64,000 nt of DNA from Bugula neritina. Its lineage: Eukaryota > Animalia > Bryozoa. Both the position numbers and the translations under genes were made by a program. Of this stretch, positions 26,473-36,542 are shown one piece after another. Where the stretch lies: NCBI GenBank assembly GCA_964035545.1, contig OZ037767.1, positions 21,096,628 through 21,160,627 on the forward strand, read 5' to 3'. Every line of letters begins with the position of its first letter. Within the stretch, counting starts at the first letter, position 1. The notes beneath the pieces are model-generated. The model was not told the DNA's origin, made no database searches, and saw only the letters and a program-made list of their open reading frames with translations.

Positions 26473-29400
26473 AACCTCCAGGGAAGAAGAAACGCAGGTC
26501 ACCCAGACGGGTACCGCGTACTGGCAACCAACAGTGGCAACAGCCACGACGGACCAGCAAAGGGCTTTGCCCCGCAGCTGCCTTTTCTATGCCCCTTCAC
26601 AACAGATTCACAGGGCTACAAGTCCAAGAATCTGGATGGGAGCCCACAAAGGTAGCTGAGAACCTAGCCTCGGCACCCCCGAGGCCTACCTACCACCGCC
26701 CTAAGAGACCTCCTTCGCGACCCAAAGCGAGGGAGGTACTCCCTGCGAGAGTAAGGCCTGAAGGGAGAGTTCAGGTGCAGCCCCATGGGAACAGCTATTT
26801 CTTGCCCGGTAAACTGGAAGGCAAAGCTGTTACTTTCCTCATTGATTCGGGCTGTACCACAAACCTCTTAAGCCGCCAACTCTTCGACACCCTCAGTACT
26901 AGGGTCAGGGGCGAGATGGAAACATACGAAGGGGAATACGGCACCCTCGCTGACGGGTCGTGCCTTCCCTTCTATGGTATAATTGAGCTGACGGGACGAG
27001 TCCGTGATCAAACGATCCAAGAGACGTTCATCGTCAGTCAGCTCAAGGAGGATGCTATCCTCGGGATGCCGTTCCTTAAACGGCACGGATGTCACATAGA
27101 TTTTAGCAGATCTGCAATGATGATGTCCGGGCGGGAACTCGCCTGCGTCGACAAGTTCGGCCGCCCTTTAGTGGGAGGTGTGCAAGTGGTACGCAACCGT
27201 ATCATACCAGGCCGCTCCCGGGCTACCATTCACTGCAGGGTGAATAGTAGCCGGATCTCTGGACTCGGGGTGGTTGAAGGCGCGCACGAAAAGATCCAAC
27301 TTGCCAGCAGTCTGAATCAGCTGACTGAGCAAGGGGAGATCTTAGTGCAGTGTGTCAACCCCTTTACCGAGCCTATCAAGCTCCCGGCTGGGTCGATGCT
27401 GGGCCGTTTTCACTCTGTTCAGGAGGGAGACGTAGGCCCGTCGCTAGGTGATGCGACGGAGGCACCCCCTCAGTGCCCTATTCAGGGACGGGGGGCAGTC
27501 CCAACACATCTCCGGGAGTTATACGAAACAGCCAGTGGCGGCTGCGCGAGTAACAGAGAACGCCAAGCTATGGCTAAGTTACTACGCGACTACGGTGATG
27601 TGTTCAGCAGCGGAGAGCATGACGTGGGACTGACTGGAATTGTCAGACACGAAATACCGCTGACTGCAGGGACAGTCCCTGTCCGGCAGCCCACACGCAG
27701 ACTGGGGCCGGAGAAAGAGAAGGAGGTTAGCCGACAAGTACGGGATCTTCTGGACCGGGGACTGATAGAGCCCGCCCATAGTGCGTGGAGCTCGCCAGTC
27801 GTACTGGTCCGGAAGAAAGACGGCAGTTGGCGGTTCTGTGTGGACTACCGCAAGCTCAATAGCGTAACCATACAGGACGCCTACCCTCTACCTCGTATTG
27901 ACGAGTCATTGGACGCCCTAGCCGGCAGCAAGTACTTCAGTACGTTAGACTTGCTAAGCGGCTATTGGCAGGTTCCTCTGAGTCCCGACGCCCAAGAGAA
28001 AGCGGCGTTTATCACACGGGACGGTTTGTGGAAGTGGAAGGTGCTGCCCTTCGGGTTAACCTCCGCCCCAGCCACCTTCCAGAGGCTGATGGAACAAGTC
28101 CTTAGCGGACTCCATTGGAAGACACTGCTGGTCTACCTCGATGATGTCATCGTAATCTCTCCAGACTTCGAGACACATGTCAGTCGTCTGCAGGAGGTTT
28201 TCGAGAGACTCCGAGGTGCCGGTCTTAAGCTCAAACCTTCCAAGTGCGCTCTATTGCAGCCGGAGGTCAAGTATCTGGGGCACGTTGTCGGTCGAAACGG
28301 CGTGGCAACGGATCCCGAAAAGGTACGGGCAGTAGAAGACTGGGTCACCCCCCAAGACTTGACCGGACTCCGGGCTTTCTTGGGGCTGGTAGGGTATTAC
28401 AGGCAATACATACCAGACTTTGCGGGCATAGCCCAGCCGTTAAACCGGCTCACCGCAAAGGGAGTGACGTGGCAGTGGACTCCAGTCGAGCAAGAAGCGT
28501 TCGACCGCCTCAAGGGCTGCCTACTAACGGCGCCCATCTTGGCCTACCCAGACCCCACTCTGGAGTACATCCTCGACACAGACGCCAGTGACCAAAATGT
28601 TGGCGCTGTGCTGTCACAAGTGCAGGAAGGCCGAGAGGTAGTAGTAGCCTACTACAGCAAGTCTCTCTCACCCGCTGAACGAAATTACTGCACTACCCGC
28701 AAGGAGCTGCTGGCAGTAATCAAGTCGGTGAAGCACTTCAGACCATACCTATACGGCAGGAAGTTCCGGCTGCGTACGGATCATGCCTCGCTGATCTGGT
28801 TGTGGAAGAGAGCAGAGCCCTCCAGTCAGGTCGCCCGGTGGCTCGAAATCCTAGCTGAATTCTCATACCGGATCGAACATCGACCGGGCAAGAGACACAG
28901 CAATGCGGATGGGTTGAGTCGCCGACCTGACGGAGGTTGCAAACAGTGTCTCAACATCGAGAGGAGGGATGGAGGTCCCCCGCGATGCGAGTTGGAGACG
29001 CTGGCTCATCACAGAGCACCGTTTGACTGGGACCAAGGTCAACTCAGACAAAGAGTTGATGAGTCCCCGGAGGATGTACAAAACCTCCGCGCCAACCCTG
29101 TATTGGCCGGTAATGTTCGAGAGCTGAAGAAGCTCCAAGAAGAGCTGCCTGGAGTCGTGGCAGACATATACCGGGCCAAAAGGGAAGGGCGACGACCCAG
29201 CGAGGAACGCATACGACAGGGATGCGCCGAGTTCCGGCTATACTGTCAGCGTTGGGACTCGCTGCGGATCGGGCAGGATGGGTTGCTAACCATCTCTCTA
29301 GCTGCCAGCGGCAGACACCCGGAAAGGAAGAGGGTAGTCTGCCCCACGGCCATCCGCCGTGAGTTGATTTGGGATACTCACAAACAGATCCACGCAGGGA

Positions 29401-30992
29401 TCAAGAGAGTGATATCCAAATTACGACTCCGGTGGTATTGGCCGCAGATGGAGCGTGACGTCCGGCTCAGAGTCAAACAGTGTGAGATCTGCCAGGCCAG
29501 TAAGCATAGCCGCCCCCCTGGTGAAGCAGGACGGCGGAGGCTATATGCTGGTAGGCCCTGGCAAGTAGTCGCTGTAGACCTGGTCGGACCCATGCCCCTG
29601 ACCCCCAGAGGCAATAATTGGATACTAGTACTAACCGACCACTTTACTAGGTGGGCAGATGCTCTGGCTATCCCAGATGCATCAGCCCCAACAGTGGCCA
29701 GGGCACTAGACCAACATGTATTCTGTTATTTTGGGCTCCCCGAACAGATACACTCTGATCAAGGCGCTCAATTCCAGTCTCAACTGATGAGCGACCTTTG
29801 CCGCCTCTGGGGAGTAAATCAGAGCAGGACCACCCCCTACCACCCTCAAGGTAACGGGGTGGTGGAGCGCAACAACCGGATGCTAGGTGATGCACTCCGG
29901 AGTCTCCTCCTTGGACGAGGTCAAGAGGAATGGGATACGGTGTTGCCGCAAGTCATGCGTGCATACCGTAGCACCCCACACACCAGTACTGGTGAGACCC
30001 CAAACCTCTTGATGCTCGGGAGAGAGACTCGTGTCCCTGACCATCTCACCTATCACGTTCCAGAGCAAGATAACTCAGTCCACGAGTATGCCAGTGAACT
30101 AGTGGAACGGATGAAGGCCGCACACGATATACTGCGCCAACAGCAGTGGAAGGTGCGGCACGAAGATTCCGATGAACCACCTCTCTATCAAAGGGGAGAT
30201 AAGGTGTGGATGGTCAATTACCGTAGGCGCCGCGGACAGGCTGATAAGCTGAAGCCTAAGTTCGTAGGCCCCTACGTGGTCGTCGAGGCTATGCCCAATC
30301 ATACGTACAAGATTGAGCGCTCAGGACAGGTGTCTATCCAGAATGAGTCTCGCTTGAAACCGTATTGGGCTAGCCCCGGCGGAGTGGGAGAAGCCCCCCT
30401 GTTGTTAGAGCCCAGGAGGCAAACAACAACGCGCGGGCAACGGCGGCATGGACCTGAATACGAAGTGGTCATACCGCGGGAGGAAAACTTGGTGAGAGAG
30501 GAGCGGCAGCTTTTGTCAACAGAAGCGTGTCCGCCACCGCCAAGTCTAATTCCATCACTTCCAGAAACCGAGCCGGTTCCGGAAGTGCAAACCCCCACGG
30601 AGGGAGGGGCTCCATCCGGAGAACAAGAAGAGGTGACCGCTAACGGTGAAGTAGAGACGCCATTAGAGGCCCCTGCTAACGAACCGGCAAGCGTGTCACC
30701 CCCCCTAGAAAGGGGACAGCGTACGAGGCAACCCCCCGCATACTTGAAGGACTTCGTATGTGACTGCGTTAAAAGCGGCACACATGAAAGCCTAGGGGAA
30801 AACCGTACGAGAAAAGAATCGAGCAAATGTGGGAGTTGTCAACACCACGGAAATATCAACTTTTGTATCGGCGGAAATAGAAACAAAATTCATCCGCCGG
30901 GTGCACAAAGTCTTAATCACGCACCCCAACCACGTTGCTCGATCTTTTCATACGCTGATGCAGTCAGGAGTAGACGTGTTTCTAAGCAGTAG
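26361..30992 (+). CDS. pol: Pol polyprotein (protease, RT, RNase H, integrase), -1 frame relative to gag, uninterrupted
   Basis: LIDSGCT (protease); WRFCVDYRKLN, LPFGL, YLDD (RT); TDAS, KELLAV, TDH (RNase H); H..H..CEIC, VAVDLVGP, SDQG, VERNN (integrase HHCC/DDE); KFVGPY (GPY/F). Confidence 0.97.
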   Translation: MLGVRKSRTFPPILSLPKSGVKLPRPADVPTFRGPTMKPPGKKKRRSPRRVPRTGNQQWQQPRRTSKGLCPAAAFSMPLHNRFTGLQVQESGWEPTKVAENLASAPPRPTYHRPKRPPSRPKAREVLPARVRPEGRVQVQPHGNSYFLPGKLEGKAVTFLIDSGCTTNLLSRQLFDTLSTRVRGEMETYEGEYGTLADGSCLPFYGIIELTGRVRDQTIQETFIVSQLKEDAILGMPFLKRHGCHIDFSRSAMMMSGRELACVDKFGRPLVGGVQVVRNRIIPGRSRATIHCRVNSSRISGLGVVEGAHEKIQLASSLNQLTEQGEILVQCVNPFTEPIKLPAGSMLGRFHSVQEGDVGPSLGDATEAPPQCPIQGRGAVPTHLRELYETASGGCASNRERQAMAKLLRDYGDVFSSGEHDVGLTGIVRHEIPLTAGTVPVRQPTRRLGPEKEKEVSRQVRDLLDRGLIEPAHSAWSSPVVLVRKKDGSWRFCVDYRKLNSVTIQDAYPLPRIDESLDALAGSKYFSTLDLLSGYWQVPLSPDAQEKAAFITRDGLWKWKVLPFGLTSAPATFQRLMEQVLSGLHWKTLLVYLDDVIVISPDFETHVSRLQEVFERLRGAGLKLKPSKCALLQPEVKYLGHVVGRNGVATDPEKVRAVEDWVTPQDLTGLRAFLGLVGYYRQYIPDFAGIAQPLNRLTAKGVTWQWTPVEQEAFDRLKGCLLTAPILAYPDPTLEYILDTDASDQNVGAVLSQVQEGREVVVAYYSKSLSPAERNYCTTRKELLAVIKSVKHFRPYLYGRKFRLRTDHASLIWLWKRAEPSSQVARWLEILAEFSYRIEHRPGKRHSNADGLSRRPDGGCKQCLNIERRDGGPPRCELETLAHHRAPFDWDQGQLRQRVDESPEDVQNLRANPVLAGNVRELKKLQEELPGVVADIYRAKREGRRPSEERIRQGCAEFRLYCQRWDSLRIGQDGLLTISLAASGRHPERKRVVCPTAIRRELIWDTHKQIHAGIKRVISKLRLRWYWPQMERDVRLRVKQCEICQASKHSRPPGEAGRRRLYAGRPWQVVAVDLVGPMPLTPRGNNWILVLTDHFTRWADALAIPDASAPTVARALDQHVFCYFGLPEQIHSDQGAQFQSQLMSDLCRLWGVNQSRTTPYHPQGNGVVERNNRMLGDALRSLLLGRGQEEWDTVLPQVMRAYRSTPHTSTGETPNLLMLGRETRVPDHLTYHVPEQDNSVHEYASELVERMKAAHDILRQQQWKVRHEDSDEPPLYQRGDKVWMVNYRRRRGQADKLKPKFVGPYVVVEAMPNHTYKIERSGQVSIQNESRLKPYWASPGGVGEAPLLLEPRRQTTTRGQRRHGPEYEVVIPREENLVREERQLLSTEACPPPPSLIPSLPETEPVPEVQTPTEGGAPSGEQEEVTANGEVETPLEAPANEPASVSPPLERGQRTRQPPAYLKDFVCDCVKSGTHESLGENRTRKESSKCGSCQHHGNINFCIGGNRNKIHPPGAQSLNHAPQPRCSIFSYADAVRSRRVSKQ
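26421..26465 (+). promoter_or_regulatory. Candidate -1 ribosomal frameshift signal (G TTA AAC plus GC stem-loop)
   Basis: Heptamer at 26421-26427 in the correct gag phase, a 5-nt spacer, then an 8-bp stem CGGCCCGC (26433-26440) / GCGGGCCG (26458-26465). Confidence 0.7.
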
Positions 30993-31306
30993 TTCAAACC
31001 ATTTCACACATTCAGTATGTCTTACGACAACAGATCGTGGGGTGAGTTAACTATATCTTAATACGAAACTAGATTGCATCGCTCAGCTCTGACTCACTGA
31101 GTCAATCGAGCTGGAGATAGGTTAGTGAAATACCGTAGTAAGAACTCAGTTTGACCTAGAGATTTTTATAATCTCATTGCAATACGTGTTCTATCTGACT
31201 ATTCACTACCATTAATCTCTACGAGGTAACTGAATTAGGAGTTGCCAAGCTGTTCAAGCTGACAACACAGCAGTGTACTGTATTAACACTGTTGAAACTT
31301 TTTCAG

Positions 31307-32094
31307 ATTACACTCGACCCGCTACAACCAGGGTACGGGATAGAACACTTCCCGCTCCGTATCCGGAGGAGTATGCTAGTGGTGACCGGCCTGAGCCACT
31401 ACGCCGCCGTTGGCGGTGGGTGTCTCCACAAACAGAGGAAGAAATAGAAACGGCCTGGGGGTCCAGAGGACGGACGAGATGCCAGATCTGTGGTGAAGAT
31501 TGCGCCTCTCACCGCTCCCTTAAACTACACGCCAATGCTCATCTCCTACTAACATTCTGCTCCTGCGGGTACAATGATGTGTATCCCTACCCCGTCACCA
31601 GACACCGAGCGACGGGCTGTTTCCCTGGAGAAAACTACGTGGTCGACGCTAAGCTATACCCGGAGTTCCTCACACTTATACGACCTCTGGTGAAGAAGGC
31701 CATGTTGTTAGCCGTTCTGTCCTCGGGGTTCCAACGTGTGTTAGACAACGCCCGCCAACAATCCCCGTTGGTGTCTGACCGCCCTCAAATTACATACACC
31801 CCCGAGGAAACTGCATGTCCAGAAGAAGGAGAGATCTCCCCTACCCCGACGAAGAGACGAACCAGGTCCCCCAGTCCACCCTTGCGCCGCAGACGGACGC
31901 CGTCCCCAGACCCAGTACGCCTAGCCACAGTAGAAGAACGCCTCCTGCGATTACAAGAAGAATTCACCCAGCTGGCACCAGATCTACTTAACACTACAAC
32001 AGGACTCTTCCAGCTAAAGGGATCCGTATGCCGTATAAAACGGAAACTGCGTACATGCCAAGCCAAACACCGGCGTGCCCAACAAGGACTCTAG
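31307..32094 (+). CDS. Retrotransposon ORF3 main exon: C2H2 + C2HC zinc fingers, Arg/Ser-Pro basic tract, C-terminal coiled coil; probably expressed by splicing
   Basis: Open for 262 codons inside the LTRs. CQIC-x12-H-x3-H followed by CSC-x12-H-x4-C. Acceptor TATTAAC...ACTTTTTCAG at 31306. No N-terminal ATG, no signal peptide, no TM segment. Confidence 0.78.
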
Positions 32095-32371
32095 TTGGCT
32101 ACCCAGAATACTCCGCAACTTCACATCTTGGGAGGAACCAAGATGTCATGCAAATGTTTAACTGCTTAACAGGTTATCCCCTGTCTAACACCACAGCTAG
32201 CTAGTATTCCTCGTCTATCTACAGCTGGCCAATTGTATGCAACGGATCGTTATGATGACTCTGTCTATTATTATGTCTCTTCCTGTATATTATGTGTTAT
32301 TTTTGTCCACTGATGTATGCGGTTACTAATGAATGTTTTTTTTTTATATATATCAGAAAGATGGCTTTCTG

Positions 32372-32384
32372 CTGGTGGGGGCGG
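32372..32384 (+). promoter_or_regulatory. Polypurine tract (G-rich) of the retrotransposon
   Basis: CTGGTGGGGGCGG lies immediately before the 3' LTR. Confidence 0.75.
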
Positions 32385-32689
32385 TGTGGTGGTTCGTGGA
32401 ACTACCAGCAGCACAACATGTAGGGTCGCGTAATCGACCCGGAACAATGGATAGCCAATTAGCGTAGTTGATAGTTAGCAGCAATTGTAGTTTCCCGCTG
32501 CTAACTCAGTCGAAGCTAGAGTGTGAAATAGATTAGATGTGTAACTTGTTTGGAAATAATGTATCGTTTTTATAATGTATAATTGTGTGTAAAATATACT
32601 CGTTCACTCGACTTATCCTGGTGCAGTTCTATAGTAAATAAATAGACTCTCTGGATAGCACATCAACCCTAAATCTGAAAAATATAACA
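32385..32689 (+). repeat. 3' LTR (305 bp)
   Basis: Copy of 25183-25487, followed by TSD CTAT. Confidence 0.97.
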
Positions 32690-32930
32690 CTATTACTACT
32701 ACTGTCAAGACTGGCTGTGGACGCGGAAGGTATCATGTCACTGTTTTTACTGGGCATTGCTATTCTTTTATCGGCAACACCTACACTGTTTCTGTAATCT
32801 TCATAGCATTTATACACATCATTATTAAACTATTCAGTATTTTTGCAACAGTTGAGCCATGCATACAAAATGAGATAAGAACTTATGCAATATCATTCTA
32901 TTTATATAGAACTCCTATGTAGTAACTAAA

Positions 32931-34907
32931 ATGGCTGCAAAATTTACTGCTGCCCCACAATCTGTAAACAGCAATGCTGATTGGAGTACGAGTGTTCTTA
33001 GTCCAATGACTGAAAAAGAAGAGCAAAGTGGAAAATTTACATCTCAGAGCAGAATTGAATTCTACAGTTCAAATGCTGACACATATGATGAAGATATGAA
33101 GAAATACTCTTTCAGGTTGATTGCAATTCTCCATAATATTTCACTATCTGCTACGAATGCTATTCGAAGTTAGTGTGACAATACTAAATCCTTAAATCAC
33201 CTGTCCTTTCAGCGCCATCAAATAAGAAAGCCATTAGGTACTTCAAAGCTTTTTAGATGCAGTTTTTATTGTGCTTGCTAACTCGCTGATCATAGTGTTA
33301 TGTCATATTTCTGAGTGTTACACCATGTTTATTCTCAAACTAGTGGGCCTGATGTCGCCGCACATACATTACATAATCTGTTGAAAGACAACCCCGATTC
33401 TCGTATTCTGGATGTTGGGTGTGGTACGGGTAAAGTTGCGGAAGTCGTGAGTATAGACATATAAGTATTGTCTCAAACCGAGCTGTTCTTTACACACATT
33501 TATACAATTTATCACATTGTTAAACTGCAGCCATAATACACAGATCGTGTTTGGAGTTTGGACCCCCACTCCAAACTGGAGAACCCTGAACTACTGCACT
33601 CAGTCACCTCCAACTCAGAGCTGCTTATAGAGCAATTCTTGTGTTGTAGCTGTTAGCCTTAGGACCTTACACCAACATCGATGGGTTGGAGGCAGCCCCT
33701 GGTATGCTCGCTCTTGCTAGAGCCAAGCAACTATACAAAAATACAATGGAAAAGTTCTTATATCTCAACTGTGGTCTTGAGCATGGTATGCGATAATTAC
33801 TAACTTCCAAGAGATAAGTTAGAGATAATAAATGAATTTTGTATTTCTGTATTATTTTGATTTAACTGAGTTATAATCCCACACATTCCGAGGTTCATAT
33901 TGTTTATATTTAATGACAAAAGTACTGTTCCTATACTCTTTGTTATAAAGCTTTCCCTGTGTTTAGTCAGTATAGAAAATGACATTTAAACTGCTGCATA
34001 AAATTAAAATATAGCTGACATTTATTTGATTGATTGATACAGCTGAGGGAGCTAACATAAACTCAATTTACTAACCTACGTATACTGAAGGTGGTGTATT
34101 TAACAGTCCCTTTAACTTCTTGCGTACACTATGTCATGGCATCTTTTAAAAGTGTGTATTTTTGATATCCTAAAGTTATGGGTCTTTGTTTCAGACACGT
34201 ACGATGGAGTTGTCTCATCTGGAACATTTGTCGCCGGTCACATGAAATCAGACTGTCTGATAGAACTTTGCAACATTCTTAAACCAGGTGCATCTCTGTA
34301 ATTGAGCTGAGTCGGTATTGAATGCAGTTGCTAAACTGGCAGCATTTACCCTTTTAGTAATAATCTAAGGTTCTGTATGGTCATATTTTCAAAACAGCTC
34401 ATGGCGTTATACCAAGATCAAATACTGAAATACTGATACCAAACCCAAAATACAAACCAGTTTAGCACTGTAAGTAACAGGTCTCAATTCGGAGTATCTT
34501 TCTTCTTAGCATATTCTCGAATCTTGAGTACAATTTAGATTGTAGCCCGTGACTGCTAGTTTTTTTTGAATATTTTAGTTCCCAAATTAATAGCAACATT
34601 TCTCTATGAAAAAACACTGATTACGTTTGAACTACTATATGTATGCATTGCAACCAGTTGTTACGGTTACAAGGACTGTTTATATTTATTGTCTACAGGT
34701 GGACACCTGGTGATCACGATGCGACATGAACACTTGGAAACAGTTAGTGAGTATAAAGAGAACTTTCGGCTAATAATTGAGAACCTTGTGAAACATGGGA
34801 AATGGAAGATCATCCGAGATGAAACATTTCCCAATTGGTGTTTTGGTGACAATGGTATGGGGATTGATGGCCACGTGTTTGTATTTCAAAAAAATCTTAT
34901 GGGTTGA
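32931..34907 (+). CDS. METTL27: METTL27-like methyltransferase, copy 4 (241 aa; the most distinct termini). Exons 32931-33115, 33344-33446, 33650-33785, 34195-34287, 34699-34907
   Basis: SRIEFYSSNADTYDEDMKKYSFSGP..ILDVGCGTGKVAEV..IDGLEAAPGML..DTYDGVVSSGTF..KPGGHLVITMR..FQKNLMG*. Same exon sizes and phases as the other copies. Confidence 0.88.
33548..33638. mobile_element. Partial MITE of family A in intron 2 of copy 4
   Basis: ...AACTACTGCACTCAGTCACCTCCAACTCAGAGCTGCTTATAGAGCAATTC matches the right arm of 23304-23504. Confidence 0.65.
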
Positions 34908-35157
34908 GCCAAGTTGCCTTTTCTCATGTATAAATAGCATAATTTTAATAAAATCATGCACTACCTTCTTAATGCATTCCAGTTCAAAAAGTCTATAATT
35001 ATTGTATATAATATAATATAAGAATTATGAATATATATACATGCACAGCGCAAGAAGACATTTCTGTATTTATATGCCTCATAATTTTGTCAAGTTGACA
35101 TTCCGAAACAGTCAACATACTACTTTTTGTCCAGTAATGCTAAATTTAATCTTTATT

Positions 35158-35957
35158 CATTTATACTAACGCATTGTATGACTTTTTACCCTCACTTCCT
35201 GTTATAGGCTGTGTCGTGTTTCAATTATTATAACAAAGGTTTCTACATTGCAGCCTTTTCTACTTGTGTACATCCCCTCTTGAAATGTGCATCCCCTTTT
35301 TAGGTGTGCATCCCCTATTGAGGTGTACATCCCCTCTTGAGATGTGCATCCCCTCTTGAGGTGCTGCAATCTGTATATTATATCCAGATAATAAAAAATA
35401 TGTACGATGAAAACTGTGTGGTGAACTGTATACAACAGTTGCTATGGTTACACAAACTGTTTGCATTGAGACACTCTGTGTAGATGCTTGTTACTCCAAA
35501 CAGTCCTATGAAATGCTTTAAAAACAGCATCATCTATATTTATTGTGTCATTCATTCACCAATAGACAAGATGATGAAAACTAAAAGTAATAAAAGCAGC
35601 CTGTAACAATACACTGCATATAACAAAATAAGGTAAGACAACTCTGTAAGTCTAGTGCACAAATACCAGAACATATCAAGACAGCTGATTGGATGGTCGA
35701 TTGCTGTTACGCTATACACAATTAGTTGAATGAGCAACTTTACCATACCGGCAGCAGTCATTTGGAAACAAAACAAATAAAAAAAATAAAGAAAAACATT
35801 CAAAGTTCTAAATATGCCAAATAAAAACTTTGAGTATACTGAAAAAAATAATATGCAATAAATAAAGGAGTATATATATTACGATAACCTGACTAGGTGA
35901 CTAAGTAGATGCAAGGGAATAGAAATGTAGCAGAAAGTTAGGCTAAGTAATTTCTTG
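35158..35957. repeat. ~0.8-kb direct duplicate of 40750-41621 (KIF1A 3' UTR/terminator region)
   Basis: Colinear from CATTTATACTAAC/CATTTACACTAAC to AAGTAATTTCTTG, including the 19-bp GTGCATCCCCTCTTGAGGT mini-repeat. A ~65-bp segment (41516-41580) is missing from this copy. Confidence 0.93.
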
Positions 35958-36542
35958 TTCTACTTTTATATGAAAAGACAACTCTGAATTTTGCAGTTCC
36001 ATTGCTTTCTAGGGTACGATAGCAATTTGCAACTGCTACTGGTAAATATGACAGGTTTTTGCAGGTGGTATTACTGCTGGTAAAAGTCATTGAGTTGTGT
36101 TATATAACACATATAGGGCTTAGTTGAAAGTTTGAAAATATAAGCCTTGTTTTCTAGAAAGCAGGGTTTTATTGTGTTACATAATATTATATAATATAGA
36201 GCATGACAATAGCCTATGATAACAAGGAATGTCATCTCTGTATATGTCTAGTAATTAATACTAAGAGGTTATTAAAATACCTATATAGTTGCAAACCTAT
36301 GATCTTTAGAGTAGTCTACTTCTAATTAATAGAAAGAATATGCATAATGAAACCTAAGCAAAGCAAGCTTTCAACGTTTTGTGACTTTCAACAGCAAAAC
36401 CAATATCTAGCATGCTTTAAAAAGCTGCCAAGGGTTAAGGTGTAGAATGTTTGTTTTATTGTGAATTTACTTCACACAGAATTATTCCTGATGTTATGAG
36501 TTCTATTAGTTCATAATATGATCTTGAAGTTTCATTTCAAGG

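Larger units (their letters stand above)
25183..32689 (+). mobile_element. Full-length Ty3/gypsy LTR retrotransposon (7507 bp) with gag, pol and an extra ORF3
   Basis: 305-bp TG...CA LTRs, 4-bp TSD CTAT (25179-25182 / 32690-32693), PBS, PPT, and pol domain order PR-RT-RH-IN. Confidence 0.98.

Noticed and set aside
25657-32066. Numerous antisense and alternate-frame ORFs within the retrotransposon (e.g. 30299-30826, 25657-26043, 31785-32066)
   Set aside because: Expected shadows of GC-rich coding sequence; no recognisable motifs or splice/start support.
31273-32094. ORF3 as a retroviral-type env, or as starting at GTG 31273
   Set aside because: No signal peptide, fusion peptide or TM anchor. 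The first 11 codons are the branch/pyrimidine tract of a splice acceptor.
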